Positions 11,867 through 25,504 of a DNA stretch of 64,000 bases are shown piece by piece. The notes beneath the pieces were generated by a model that saw only the letters and a list, made by a program, of their open reading frames with translations, was not told where the DNA came from and did not search any database. The stretch covers positions 1,426,001 through 1,490,000 of the forward strand of contig NW_026250407.1 of assembly GCF_024521635.1 (NCBI RefSeq), given 5' to 3'. The position numbers and the translations under genes were made by a program. How positions within the stretch are numbered: position 1 is the first letter of the stretch; each line of letters opens with the position of its first letter. Source of the DNA: Tricharina praecox. Lineage: Eukaryota.

Positions 11867-13135
11867 ATGGTGAGATATCCACGGTTCTGCAATTCTGCGG
11901 AAATTATGGGGGTCGAGGATGAAAGGAAGGGGAAGTGCTGATGGATTTTTGTAACAGACGTCCCGACCCACTGTCTCGATCATCGGTGCCGACGGAAAGG
12001 CCAGCGGCGCCTCCGCTACCCTCCCCAATGTCTTCAAGGCGCCGATCCGTCCTGACATTGTCCAGTCGGTCCACACCGGCATGGCCAAGAACAAGAGGCA
12101 GCCTTACGCTGTCTCTTCCAAGGCTGGCCACCAGACGTCTGCTGAGTCGTGGGGAACTGGTGAGGAATTCCGAGTGAGCGGGAAAGGAATTGTGGGATTG
12201 ACGGAATGATAGGTCGTGCTGTTGCCCGTATTCCCCGTGTCTCGGGAGGAGGAACCCACCGTGCCGGTCAGGCTGCCTTCGGTAACCAGTGTCGTTCCGG
12301 TCGTATGTTTGCGCCCACCAAGACCTGGCGCAAGTGGCACGTCAAGGTCCCGCAGGGACAGCGCCGTTTCGCGACCGCGTCTGCCCTCGCCGCCTCTGCT
12401 GCCGTTCCCCTCGTCCAGGCCCGTGGTCACCGCGTCTCGGAGGTTGCCGAGCTCCCCCTCGTCATCGCTTCCGCTGCGTTCAACGACCTGGCCAAGACCC
12501 GTGCTGCCGTCGCTCTCCTGAAGGGTATCGGCGCCTACCAGGACGTCACTAAGGTCGCTGCCTCGCGCAAGACCCGTGCCGGAAAGGGAAAGCTCCGTGG
12601 CCGCCGTCACCGCCAGCGTCGCGGTCCCCTGATCATCTTCAACCCGGCCGACGAGTGCTCCGTCAACGTCGTCAAGGCGTTCCGCAACATCCCCGGTGTC
12701 GAGACGTGCTCCGTGTCTGCCCTGAACCTGCTGCAGCTCGCCCCCGGTGGCCACCTCGGTCGCTTCGTCATCTGGACCGAGTCCGCGTTCGGTGCCCTCG
12801 ACACCATCTACGGCTCCACCACCGAGGCCGGTGAGGGAAAGAAGAACTACTTCCTCCCTTCCAACATCGTGTCCCAGTCCGACCTGACCCGTCTCATCAA
12901 CTCGAGCGAGGTCCAGGGCGTGCTCCGACCCGTCCGCGGCGGCTCCACCCAGAAGAAGGGAGGAAAGGCCGGCGTCCTCAAGAAGAACCCCCTCAAGAAC
13001 AAGCAGATCATGCTCAGGCTCAACCCATACGCCAAGGCGTACTCGGAGCAGAAGCTGGGCAACGTCAAGGTCGAGGGCTCGAAGGAGCGTCCCGGCATGT
13101 CGGAGACTTTCCAGAAGGTTATCAACGCCCCGTAG
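11867..13135 (+). CDS. RPL4: 60S ribosomal protein L4 (uL4). Exons 11867-11869, 11959-12159, 12213-13135
   Basis: MTSRPTVSI...[84 protein letters not shown]. Strong C-ending codon bias; intron immediately after the ATG. Confidence 0.98.
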
Positions 13136-16100
13136 ATGCTTTGTCTTTGATTTCTTGTGCGTTTTAATGAATCAATAAAACGGTCGTTCTTCTGCGTTCT
13201 TCAATTTGTTGTATTTCTTTTGTTCTTACTGGGCCGGCTGGCAAGGGGTTTGCTTTTTTTTCCCGGGGTGTTCAATATCATGATGGCTTTTGACTTCTTT
13301 CAATTCAAATTGATGAATTGCACCCCCGCGCCCGCCTGCCACCTTTTTTTTTCTGTCCGACTGGCTGTGCTATGATGTGATGGCCTCGTGATGGTCTCGT
13401 GATAAAATCCGCGCGTCTCGACTCTCCAGGGTGGAGCAGGGTGGAGTAGGTACTCTACGAGGACTCTGCGTATCTTCGCTTATTTGAGCGATTGATTGAG
13501 GAGACGGACTACATGAATGATGAAACATGGAACAAGCTATTGCGTGACGACGACGACGCTGGTGATGGTGACGACGCTGGTAATGGGGACGACGCTGATG
13601 ATGGGGCTTCTTGCGTATGCAACATGTGATATGCAACATGTGATATGCAACTTGGGACTTACGGTCTTTGGCGTTACGGTGTTCTTTGGCGCGGGTAGAT
13701 ACGGTAGCAGTCTTTATCCTACGGCCTATCCTATAGCCTAATATATGGGAGGTGGGAGGTGGGTGTTGCTTATCTCGACCGTTACTCTGGAAAGGCCTAA
13801 AAGGCTCGTAAGCTCGTAAGGCGCGTAACTAAGGCCCGTGAGGCCCGGATACCGAGAATTGAGAGTTGAGAGGCGAGAGTGTAGGTAAGCGAAAGCGAAA
13901 GTGAAAGACGTTCGGAAGACGTTCGATTATGTACCGTATGGCAGAATGGCTGAAGGAGTGATGGCTGAAGCCTGAAGGAGAGGGACGCTGCGGCTGCGGC
14001 TGGTGGGTGGATGGGTGATGGGTGATGGATGGTGGGTGGTCGCTATCAATGCTTGTTTTTTGGCGGCATTCAACGGTTGGGGTGGGCACTGGGGGCATTG
14101 AGGGTGGGCTTGCTCGGGCGATTTACGTCTTTCACCATCGCAGCCCTTCATTCACCGTTGTTTACATACTCGAAGGGATAACGTAGAATGCAGGGAAACG
14201 GGCCGCTCCAGATTCCTGAGCGTTAACATAGAAGGTGAGGATATATGTTCCGCCTCCTTTGACGTTGACTTTGACTTTCGCATCCAAATCCAAATCCAAT
14301 CGGCACTTTACACAGCTACCTAGTCTACCGTAACTATTACACACCGGTACCCGTACCCACGCTCTCCCTTACACGGCTGATGTCATCGCACCGGCCAGTT
14401 GGCCAGGTGGAGCTTGACTTGGAGTTTGCTTGGTCGATCCTACGCCCCGGAAGCGACGGCAGTTGCGAGTTACGAGTTGCGAACTTGCGAGTCTGAGACT
14501 CTGGCAGCTGGGGGTCGGGGACCGTCAGCGGCGACTTTGTTAGCGTTGGGGCGTTGAAGCCATGAAGGCTTGACGCCTGAATCGTGCTCGGAAGAAATAA
14601 CAATAACATGTGATGGGACTGGGGAGTCGGGAGCCGCCGTTTGGGTGCCAACGGAGACTCGACGGGGAGGCTGGAGCATGTGGCAGCGGGAGACGGTGCG
14701 ATGGTGCGATGGTGCGATGGGGGCTTGGAAGTGCTGTACCAAAAGTGCATGTATCGTACAGATGGTGGGAAGTTCTTGGACAACGGAACTCAGTAGTGAA
14801 GCTGGTATTTCGACTTGGAACTTAGAACTTGAATACAGTAGTCAGCTGTGCGGTTGAGCTACCATTCTCCAGCCCGAGTCTCGACTCTCGACTCTCGACG
14901 TGCTGAGCTCTGTCATGATCCCGTTCCGACGCTACATACTATCGGCACATGTACCGCAAGGCTCTTCGATACATAGCAGGTATATGCCGGAGCTCCAAGT
15001 ACCAGTCCCGGGGAGATAACTCCCAACCCACGAGTAGTAACCACGGTACCCACCTCTTGCTATGATCATGATCATGGGTGTTTCATCCGTAGATTTACCC
15101 CGCAGAACTCCCAGCGAGGGAGCGGGCCTCCTGGTGGTTGCCTACATACCGGCGATGCGTCTGGACTCCTCTCCAGTGGCTTTATAAACATGCACGCTGC
15201 TATGTAAGTAACTTAGGTAGGTAGCATCAGCACGACTTCAGCACGACTCCAGCCCTACTTCGGTACGACTCCAGCCGCACGGCCGGGCATGATTGCTGAA
15301 GGCGGGGCAAGGCAAGCTGGAGCCTGGAGATGGTCGAACCGTGGATGGTGATTGGAGGTGTGCATAAGAATGATAAGATCAGCCCATCCAAGACGATCAT
15401 CGGAGTAGCACTGAAGCAAGCTGGAAAGCAAGCAAGCACCGAGGCGGGGCGGCACAGGGCTTAACTTCAATTAAGTTTTGATACGATATCGAAGGTCTCG
15501 ACAGGAAACATCGTGCCGTCAAAAACACTACGGTACCACGAGATAACCAGTGGCTACATGATACTCTACATCGATGGCGCCGGAGAGGGGATGCGATCTG
15601 GCGGGTTTTTTGTGTACATATCAAACGGTTCTTGATTTTTGAATGGCAAACCTGAAAGGCCATGTACATCTCAACTACCGAATTGAGATTTGTGGGATGT
15701 TCCATCGCCGGTGCTACATACCGTTCTCTAGAATGCCATCGCAAGAAATCGACGTGAGAGGGACCTGGGAGAGAGGGCGATGAGAAATCCCAGTTCTCCA
15801 GCTAGTATACGGTGCTCTATACGATGGCGTAGGTTGCATCAATATACGGATACCTAGGACAGGGCAGGCTACATAATAGAGTAACTACCGGTATTGAACG
15901 GGAACGGGGGGCCTCACCGTCGCGTCGGTAAAACACATTCTACTCTAGAGCAGGTACAATCAATGGAGAAGCCTCCGGGACGCCTGATCCTTCAGGCTTC
16001 ATTCTTCAGGCCTCAGAGAACAATGATCGCTTCACGCTTGAATCGCGGGCGGCTGTGCCAAGGCTCCACCATGCCCACCGTCCGTGTCCAGTGTCCACGA

Positions 16101-16657
16101 TCGTTTCATTCTATTTTTGTCCCGAAATTCCTTCCAACACCAGAGTAACAGTTCAACCGCAACGGCCCGGGGGGCGGCGGCTGCCTGCGTGGGTAGACTG
16201 GTAACTAGAGTAGACTTGTAGAGTAGTCAGAACCTTCCGCAGTGCAGCGCGCACAGAGACGGAGACGGACCGGAGTCCGATGGTGTCCACTCTATCCACC
16301 ACACACAATGCACACAATGCACACACCAGAGCGGCGTGCGTGGGACGATGGGTGAGTGAGATGGGTGAGTGCCACTGAGTGGGGCGGAATGGGAAATGGA
16401 GGGAGGGAGGGAGGGAGGAAGGGAGCGACGGAAAGGGATTGCGTGTGCACCCGGGCGGGGGTTGGAGGGTGGGAGGGAGGTGGGCAAGATCAGCAATGTC
16501 TGACGTTACGTCGAATACTCTACCTGGATACCTGGTAGGCACCTACAGTGGAGCGAGGAGCTTCAGCTGAAAACAACGTCGATGCCCACATCCCTCGTCC
16601 TCCTCTCTCCCTCAACCTCCACACCCCACTCCGACCACCACCATCACCACCCACCGA

Positions 16658-18152
16658 ATGGAAACGAAATTCACCGCCTGGCCCCGGCGCGCGGTCGGCC
16701 GGGGCAGTCTACCCAAGTTCCTCGTGGTAACGGTGCTCTTGTGCACAGTGCTAGTCTGGATGGCGGGCTCATTGTACCGGCGCGAGGATGCGGCGGCCTT
16801 GCTGCCGTCGGCGCCGGTCGTCACCGCGATCGCGCCGCCGCCACCGCCGCCGCCACCGCCGAAACCCCCCACGTACAACTTCCAGTCCAGGCCACATCTG
16901 AACCACTTCTGGGGCGTCGATGTCACCACAGACCACCTGCGAGGTGAGGGGGATAGGAATAGGACGCAGCTCGGACGCGAGAAGGCTAGTCTCGTCATGT
17001 TGGTTAGGTACGTTGGTGATAGGGCTGGTGCGGTGGTGGTGCGGTGGTGCGGTGGTGCGGCGGGTTGGCTGGGCTGGGCTAATGCACTTCGTGCTGCAGG
17101 AATAAAGAGCTGAAGGATGCGCTGCGGGCGATGAAGAACATCGAGGACCGGTTCAACCGGCACTACCGATACCCGTGGACGTTCCTGAACGACGAGCCAT
17201 TCACGGACGAGTTCAAATTCCACACATCACGGCTTGCGTCGGGCGAGGTATCGCACGGGCTGATCCCGCACGAGGAATGGAGCGTGCCCGACTTCATTGA
17301 CACGACCCGCATGCACCGCAAGATGGACGAGATGAAGGAGAAGAAGATCATCTACGGCGGCGACGAGAGCTACCGCCACATGTGCCGCTACAATTCCGGC
17401 TTCTTCTGGAGGAGCGAGCTGCTGAAGGACTACGATTGGTACTGGCGGGTCGAGCCGGGGACGAGCTTCTACTGCGATCAGCTCTACGACCCATTCACGT
17501 TCATGCGCGAGAATAACAAGCGCTACTCGTTCGTCATGACGATGTTTGAATTCCGCGCCACCATCGAGACGCTGTGGAAGTCCACCCGCGAATTCGTCAA
17601 GAAGCATCCCAACTACCTCGACAAGGACAACTCACTCGGCTTCATGGTCGACGACTACAACCCCAAGAAAGACACCATCTTCAACAAAGACTTCAACCTA
17701 TGCCACTTCTGGAGCAACTTCGAGATCGCGGACCTGAACCTGTGGCGCTCGCAGGCGTACCAGGATTACTTCGAGTTCTTGGACCGGAAGGGAGGGTTCT
17801 TCTACGAGAGGTGGGGCGACGCCCCGGTTCACTCGATCGCGGCAAGTCTGTTCCTGCCAAAGGACCAGATCCACTTCTGGCACGATATGGGATACAAACA
17901 CCCGCCGTACAAGCGCTGTCCGTCGGACGATATGAGCATGGACTCCGCGCGATGCATGTGTCCGTTCGAGAAGCATGAGAGCTTCGATTTCGATGGATAC
18001 AGCTGCCAGAAGAGGTGGTGGAAGTTCCATGGTGCGTTCTGCCCTTCTCCTCCTCCGTTCTCCCTTCCTCTCATGATTCACGATACTGACAACCACCAGG
18101 CCAAGACGACCAGGGAAACCCCATCCCGCAGTACAAGGTTCCGGACCACTGA
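16658..18152 (+). CDS. Glycosyltransferase family 15 alpha-1,2-mannosyltransferase (KRE2/KTR family). Exons 16658-17007, 17100-18031, 18100-18152
   Basis: N-terminal TM anchor; motifs 'REKASLVMLVRN', 'EDRFNRHYRYPWTFLNDEPF', 'SYRHMCRYNSGFF', 'YWRVEP', 'CHFWSNFEI' and 'GGFFYERWGDAPVHSIA'. Confidence 0.95.
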
Positions 18153-18421
18153 ACTGAACTGAACAGACGGACAGGCGAGAAGGAAAAGGAAAAGGGGCTT
18201 TCATCATCAGTACATAGACAGGATTTCGGGTTGGTTGGGAGGGTTCATTCACTTTTCCTTGTGTTTCTTATGGATCTGGGGCGTTTTTGTGTGCATTGTG
18301 CATTGTTTTTTTTCTTTTCTCTCTAGTTAGGCTGGCTTAATATGTATCAAAAACGGGATTTCCTTTTCACCGTCATCGGTGCATGTTTCGTGACATAGCT
18401 TCAGTACCGTACACCACCTGC

Positions 18422-19069
18422 TCACGCTTTCTCAACCTTCCCTTCCACTGGCGCCTCCCCCTGCGCCTCCCCCTCCCCCTCCGCCACCTCAACAACCAAC
18501 TCCTCAGTAACCTTCTCATCAACAACATAAAACCCGCCCACGACCTTCTGCGCCAACCCCATAGGGCTCCAGCCCACGCGTCCCTGCCCCCTCATCCCGC
18601 GCTCAAACCGTTGCATCCGCACCGGCGTCTTAGTAGCATCCTCCCACGTGATCTGTGGCCGCACAACCTCATCCTCCACACGCGACAGCGCCGATACCCC
18701 GGTGGTGTCGACGCACTGCATCGACTGTATGAAGTGTAGGTGCGCGTGGAGCGAGGAGAGGAGCGAGGCCGTGGCGGAGGGGGTGGGGGGAGGAGGGAGG
18801 GCGGAGAGGCGGAGGAGGTGGTGGAGGGTTTGGGGGGTTATTGTGGGTGTAGTGAGTGTTGAGGGGGTGGAGGTGGAGGTGAGAGGGGGGGAGGTGGAGG
18901 GGCTGGAGGGGCTGGTGCTGGAGGTGCTGGAGGTGGGTGAGGGAGGGAGTAGAGAGGCGACCGACCACGATGGTACGCGGAGGAAGTCGGGGATTGAGAC
19001 TGCTGCGGGCGCGGAGGTGATGGAGGAGGTGGAGGAGCGCCGGAGCTGGTGGCGGAGGAGTGGGTGCAT
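18422..19069 (-). CDS. Mitochondrial glutamyl-tRNA(Gln) amidotransferase small subunit (GatC/GatF-like)
   Basis: Single-exon 215-aa ORF with an R/S-rich presequence-like start and the motifs 'PSWSVASLLP', 'LHHLLRLSALPPP', 'HLHFIQSMQCVDTTGV' and 'GGFYVV', which I recognise from filamentous-fungal GatC-like proteins. Confidence 0.7.
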   Translation of the reverse strand: MHPLLRHQLRRSSTSSITSAPAAVSIPDFLRVPSWSVASLLPPSPTSSTSSTSPSSPSTSPPLTSTSTPSTLTTPTITPQTLHHLLRLSALPPPPTPSATASLLSSLHAHLHFIQSMQCVDTTGVSALSRVEDEVVRPQITWEDATKTPVRMQRFERGMRGQGRVGWSPMGLAQKVVGGFYVVDEKVTEELVVEVAEGEGEAQGEAPVEGKVEKA

Positions 19070-20220
19070 CGTCGTGTGGTGGTGGGGTGGTGGGGTGGGA
19101 GGTGGGGTGGGATGCGCAGGTGGATGCGCAGGTGACGGGTGGAGGGTGGTGTATGGTCCAGCGCTTGACGAGAGAGGCGAGGGATGGGGAGCTTTGGTCC
19201 GCTAAATGAGCTGTGGAGAGGCGGAGGTGGGATAGTGAGGTCGTGGCGAAGAATGACCAAAAACCGTGAACGAATGATGGTGGAAGGTAGACTGTAATGA
19301 ACGCTAGACCGCAATTAGCTGTGCCTCATCCCCTACGGTAGATCGTCACAACCAGTGTCTGGGCTCTCGACTTCTCAAGGCCGTTTCTGAACGTAGGCGA
19401 GTCCACGACTCAGTAACCACATAGCTTTCATGAATCCACGGTTCATATATCGCGGTAGCTGAAGATGGTCCCGGTGTCGGTTTAGGTGTTGCTATGCTAG
19501 TAAAAGAGACAATTATCATCCTGAATACCGGTATCTCAAAACGCTGAGGATACTTCCCACAACCCCTCATCATTTGAGGCTCATAAACTTCTGCCTATCA
19601 GTCAGAATACGAAAGATTTGGTGCCGCCCGAGTTGCGGCTGTTCAGAAAGAAAAAACCGGATTTCCGTCCAAAATCACATGTCGAGACTCGAGGGAGCTG
19701 TGATCACTTACATACAGGAAAGGCCACCCAGTGAGCATAGTATATAGTAGAGTCCTCAATACATTAAGGCGGAGGTACTCCGAGGTTTGCTGTGCTTTGG
19801 AATGATGGTTGAGCTCATGGTCGAGCATGGTCGAGCTCTCAATGGGCCAACTGCTGGGTTGAATCATATCGTCTGAAAAGCTCGTCGTCCCACTCTTCCC
19901 AAGGGACATGTCAGGAAGATAGAAATATAATCATGAAGAGGAGAAGACGATGGAAAAGTCCATATAACCAGTTGCCAGGTGGCGGGTCTGTGGAAGTGAC
20001 GGTCCGAGTTGGAAATTCAGTGTTTTATCGATACATTGACTGAAAACAAGCTAGAGTACTAGCAGGTACGATCCGGTCCGGGGGATAGGTAGCGACCACA
20101 GCTCAGCGCGTCCCTGCAACTCGCAACTCGCACCTCCACTCCACACACCCTTCGCTACCCATCCCTTCCCTGCGCTGCCCTGCTGCCCACCACCACCGGC
20201 AAGCAAGCAGCAATCACAAG

Positions 20221-23200
20221 ATGGAAGACTTCCGCGTCAACGACACGGTCGACGTGAACGGGCAGCTCGCGCTCGTGCGGTTCGTCGGGGAAACACACTT
20301 CCAAGATGGCGAGTGGATTGGCGTCGAGCTCGAGATGCCCACCGGGAAGAACAACGGCACCGTGCAGGGGATACAGTACTTCTCGTGCGGCGACAGATAC
20401 GGCATGTTTGTGCGGCCAGTCGTGCCGAGACTGGTGCAGCGGGCGCCCGCGCCTCCCCCGCCCCCTCCGCCCCCCCAGCCGACTCCGACCCCCCAGCAGC
20501 AGGCAAAGAGGATGGGCAGGCCGGAGTCCCAGGCCGGTGTGGCGCTGGGGGTCGGCGGGAAGAGACTCAGCGTCCCCTCGCCGTCGCCGATTGCTCAGAA
20601 GGGACGCAGCATGACTTTGCGGGTAGCTACATACCCCGTCCCTATCCCACGCCCAGTACTCCAAGACTGTGGGCTGACGATGGGGTGACGATTGACAGAG
20701 CCCGACCCGACCCGCGTCCGCAACAAAGGGGAACCTATCATCGCCGGGGTCCTCAGTGGGGCCCAGCACGCCACGAACACAGACCCCGACCATAGGAGCA
20801 AACCCGCGCACATCCATCGGCGGCGCGACGACGTCGTCGGCATCGTCGACCACCCTCCGCCCCGCGCCCGGCAGCCGCCCCGGATCCATGGGCCCGCCGG
20901 TCGTCAAGACCACAGCCACGGCAAAGCGGCAGTCTATCAGCGGTGGCAGCGGCGGCGGCGGGGGTGTGAGTGCACCGCTCGCCCGCACTACGTCCACGTC
21001 GAGCAATAGTGGGTCGTCGACGCCGATACCGAGGGTAGGCAGCAGGATGTCGTTGAAGCCTGGGACTGTCGGGTCGCTGGTTAGGAAGGCGAGTCAGGAG
21101 AGTGGGGTTAGCTCTAGGTCGTCGCCGGATGTGGGCGTGGGCAGAAATAGGACAGGGAGTACTACTGCTGCGGCGGCGGCGCCGGGGGCCTCCGGGGCGG
21201 GAGTTAGGCCTCCGGGGGGGAGAGGCGGGTTGACGCCTGCTGGGGGGTCGGCGAGTGCTAGTGCTAGGACGTCTCCCTCCAGGGCACCGGCAACGGGAGG
21301 AGCGGAGCTGGCGACGGCACAGAGGGAGATTGAGGATTTGAAGAGCAAGATCAAAGTGCTGGAGAAGAAGCGACAGGAGGACAGGGAGAACCTCAAGACG
21401 CTGCAGCGTGTGCAGGAGGAGCGGGATAAATATGAGGGGATCATCCAGAAATTGCAGCAGAAGTATCAACCTCAGCAGGCGGAGCTGGTGGAGCTCAAGA
21501 AGACGCTCAAAGAGATGGAGGCGACCGTGGCAGAGATCGAGGACGTTAAGGCCGAACACGAAGCGATGCTGGAAATGGCCACACTCGACCGCGAAATGGC
21601 CGAGGAGATGACCGAGAGCTTCAAGGCCGAGCTGGACGCCGTGCGAGCTAAGGCTGAAGAGCTGGAGATGGAGGTCGAGATTTTGAAGGAGGAGAACGAG
21701 GAGCTATCCCAGGGGATGAGTCCCGAGGAGCGGAATTCTGCGGGATGGTTACAGCTCGAAAAGCAGAACAGTAGGCTTAGGGAAGCATTGCTAAGGCTAC
21801 GAGAGATCACCAGCCAGACCGAGGAGGAGCTCAGAGCAGCAAATGCCAGTCTCGAAGAGGAACTCAACGAACTCGCCAAGTACAAAGAGGACTACGAGGC
21901 CGTGCAGGAGAAGTACATAGCCAGTCAATCGGCCGTGGAGGATCTCCGGGGCCAGCTCGAGGCTGCTCTCGGCGCGGAGGAGATGCTCGAGGAGCTGACC
22001 GACCGCAACATGAACATGAGCGAGCAGATCGACGAGTACCGTGCCACTGTCGAGGATCTCGAGAGTCTGAAGGAGATTGCTGACGAGCTTGAGATCAACC
22101 ATATCGAGACGGAGAAGCAGATGCAGGAGGAACTGGACTACCGGGACCTAATCATCGGCGAGCAGGTAAAGAAGATCCAGCAGCTCGAATACAGCAATGA
22201 GGAGAATGAATACACCATCACTCGGTTCAGGGACCTGGTTGTCAATCTGCAGAGCGATCTCGAGGATATGAAGGCTTCACAGCAGATCACCGAGAACGAG
22301 GCGGAAGAGTTGACGGCTAGGTCGAGGTCCATGTTGGATATCAACATGAAGCTGCAGATCACCGCGGCAAAGGCACAGAACAAGACTATCGACTTGGAGC
22401 TGAGAAAGATGGAGGCAGAAGAGGCGATTGAGCACCTTGCTGTCGTGCAGGTGGGCACCCCAATCTCTTATATTCGGGCCGTGCACTGACTTAATGACAG
22501 ATGTTCCTCCCCGACTCATTCCACAGCGAGCGCGACTCTGTGCTTGCACTGTTGAGATTCAAGCGCGTAGCATTCAAGGCCAACCTTCTCCACAACTTTG
22601 TCAAAGAGCGGCTTGCAGCACAGACCGGCGGTCAACTATCAAGCGGACACGAAGACCAACTCATGGCCGCTTGCGACATGTGTGACAAGCTCACCTGGGT
22701 CGCAGCCATGTGCGATCGCTTTGTCAACTGCATCAGTTCCTGCTCGGTCGACCAGTTTGCGAGGTTCCAGGGAGCACTTATCGAGCTCGATCCCGTCGAG
22801 AGGGCGCTCAACAGCTGGATTGAAGGTCTGCGACGCGATGAGCTCAACGAGAAGCAGTGTGTCGCGGAACTCCAGCGCACCATGGCACTCATGTCGCATC
22901 TCGGCGAGATCCATCTCAAGAGCGATCTGGAGGGCTTCGCCAGCGACCTTCATATGAGGGTGTTGCTGATGCAGACCTACATGGAGTCTGCGGCTTCGGC
23001 TGTCACGCTGATCAGGCTTGCTGTCCAGAAGAAACTGCCAGTCAATCCTGAAGACGAGGAGACGGCGGCCAACTTCAACAAGAAGGCAGATGCGCTGGTC
23101 TCCCAGTCACGCAGTGTCAAAGTGGTCGCCGGCAAAATTCTACGCGCTCTGGATGATTTTAGACAGAGAAACCTCTCCATCACGACGGACAAGAGGAGTG

Positions 23201-24477
23201 AGTTCAAGGCATGTGAAGAGGCGACACAGAAGTTGGCTGTTTACACTAGAGCCGTGGGAGAGAATGTGTATGCACTTCTGTTCAACGACGGCGCAGACGA
23301 CAACTCCTCGCGAAAGGAACCTACATGGGCGGATCTACAGAACACCATGCTTACGACCACCGAGAAAGTACTCAGTATGAGCGAGAGCGACATGTTCGGA
23401 TCCGTGATGAAGGACCTGAAGAACCTTACCAACAGCCTGACGGAGCTGGCCGGCGTAGCATCCGATATCGACATGACCGCTGAGTTCGAGAAAGCGCCCG
23501 CACCATGGGTTATCCGGGCGCAGGAATTGAAGTCCACAAAGGTGGTCAACGTCGACGTCGAAGACAAGCTTCGCAGACTCAAGGACGACCTTCTCGAGCG
23601 CGCAACACAGATTCGCATCCGAGACAAGACCCTCGAGGAGTACGCGGTCAAGATCGAGCTTCTCGAATCCCGCATGCGCAACGTCACCAAGCAGTCGGAA
23701 CGCATCGAAGAACTGGAGAGGCAAGTCACTGAGGGAACCGGAAGAGAAAAGGAATTTTCCGAGGCTATCGAGAATCTCAACGAGGACCTCCAAAGTTTGG
23801 AAGCAGATGCACTCAAGTGGAAGAAGGCCGCCGAGGACAAACGCGCTGTGGGCGAGACCGACCGCGCGGGCCAGGAACGTGCCGTCGCCACCGCCCGCGA
23901 GGTCGGCGGTCTCAAGAAGGAGATCGCGGCGCTCAAGGGTGCCGTTGGCTTCTTCAGGAAAGAGAACGCGCGGATCCGGCGGGTGGACCTGGTTGACGCT
24001 GACTCGTGGCTTCTCAAGCCGCTGGTGGACCCGAAGCAGAAGAAGATGGCCGAGTATGAAGCCGAGCTGGCGAAGGAGAGCCGTGACGTCATGACCGAGC
24101 TATGCAATCTAGTCCTGGAGGAGCGGGTCGTCGATCTCAACAAGCTATGTCCCAACGATACCGAGCGCATGAAGTGGAAGCCTGTCAAGGAAACTCCCCG
24201 CTGGACATGCGCCCGCCAGCGAGAACGCTACGCCGCCGTCAAAGCATGGAAGCAGGATCTGCTCGGCAGAGTCGAGCGACACCTCGAAGTGCCAAAAGCT
24301 AAACGGAGAGGCGGTGACGCCGGTGAAGTCAGGCTACCGCGTGCTAGCATCAAGATGGTCGGGCTACCGCCGTGGGGGGTTATGGGCAAGGAATCGCTGG
24401 GGTCGGAAGAGGTGGTCATCAGGGAGTCGGAAGGGTGGGAGGAATTGCAAGTAAGGCTCGGAGTTGTCGAGGCCTGA
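20221..24477 (+). CDS. NIP100: Dynactin subunit 1 (p150Glued; NudM/Ro-3/Nip100 ortholog). Exons 20221-20622, 20699-22450, 22501-24477
   Basis: CAP-Gly domain 'VRFVGETHFQDGEWIGVELEMPTGKNNGTVQGIQYF...GMFVR', a basic S/T-rich linker, coiled coil 'EMATLDREMAEE', 'AALGAEEM' and 'TIDLELRKMEA...FLPDSF'. Confidence 0.95.
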
Positions 24478-24732
24478 TCCAGTGTTTATAATTGGCGTTG
24501 TTTTCTTCTTCGTTCTCTCTTCTTCTCTGTGAGCGGATGTATCTTTCCGTCTGTCTGGTGATGTAGCAGTCTTATTCCTCACTGATGCATGTTGTTGTTG
24601 GTGATACCTTTTTCTTCTGCTGTTTAGATCTTGATAATGAATGCGCGGGGATCTGTTTATCTTGCGCGACACAAGTGATCATGAGGTTCCTGTAGAGACC
24701 GTACCGGCGATCGAAGATCTCCAGGCTTCAGG

Positions 24733-24798
24733 TGAGACACTCCAAGACTTCTCGAGACACTCCAAGACTTCTCGAGACACTCCAAGACTTCTTGAGAC
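24733..24798. repeat. 20-bp tandem repeat, about 3 copies (GAGACACTCCAAGACTTCTC)
   Basis: Directly visible. Confidence 0.9.
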
Positions 24799-25504
24799 GG
24801 TGCCTGCTCCGCACCAATGGCTGGCATGCATCAAAGCTCGTGGGTTGGTTGAAGGTAGCGTGACTGTCAGCTGGACACACAAGGCACGGACGAGGCCAAA
24901 CGAGGCGGGTATAGTTTGACACTTTTCGGAGAGCTTCGAGTCAATTAGGCACGAGGAATGGAATGCTGTGTTGCCCTGCAGTACTGTTGTCAGCGGCATC
25001 CAAAGTGTCGCCTGTTATATGCTGTAATCGGTTCAGCCCTATGTAGACGTAACCGACTCTCACCATCCATCCATTCCGTTTTTCGTTCCCGGTCCAGCCA
25101 CCAAGACACTGGACAGACCCCCACCATCAAGATTGGTCACATCGCCCTCCCCGTAGTTATCATAGCGCCAATCAGTAGTCAGCCACACCGCCTTGCTTGT
25201 TATCGAATACCGTCCGTCCGTCTACCCACCCGGCCAGCCAGCCAACTACCGCACCCCCATCACAGCGACCTCTTCTTAGTCGCCATCACATCCCCTTTTT
25301 CTCTCCTCCTCTCCTCCTTCAACCGCAACGATACTGTCGAACGCGGCACCAGCAGCAGAAGAAGACCCAGAAGCAGGAATCCCGCTCCAAACCCTTCTTC
25401 CAGGAAGCACAGGAAAGACACGCGCGCAGAGGAGCCTCGACCGCTGGGATAGAGGCACCGCAAAGCTCCTCCGCAGGCTCGACGCTGCCGAGGCCGGAAT
25501 CACT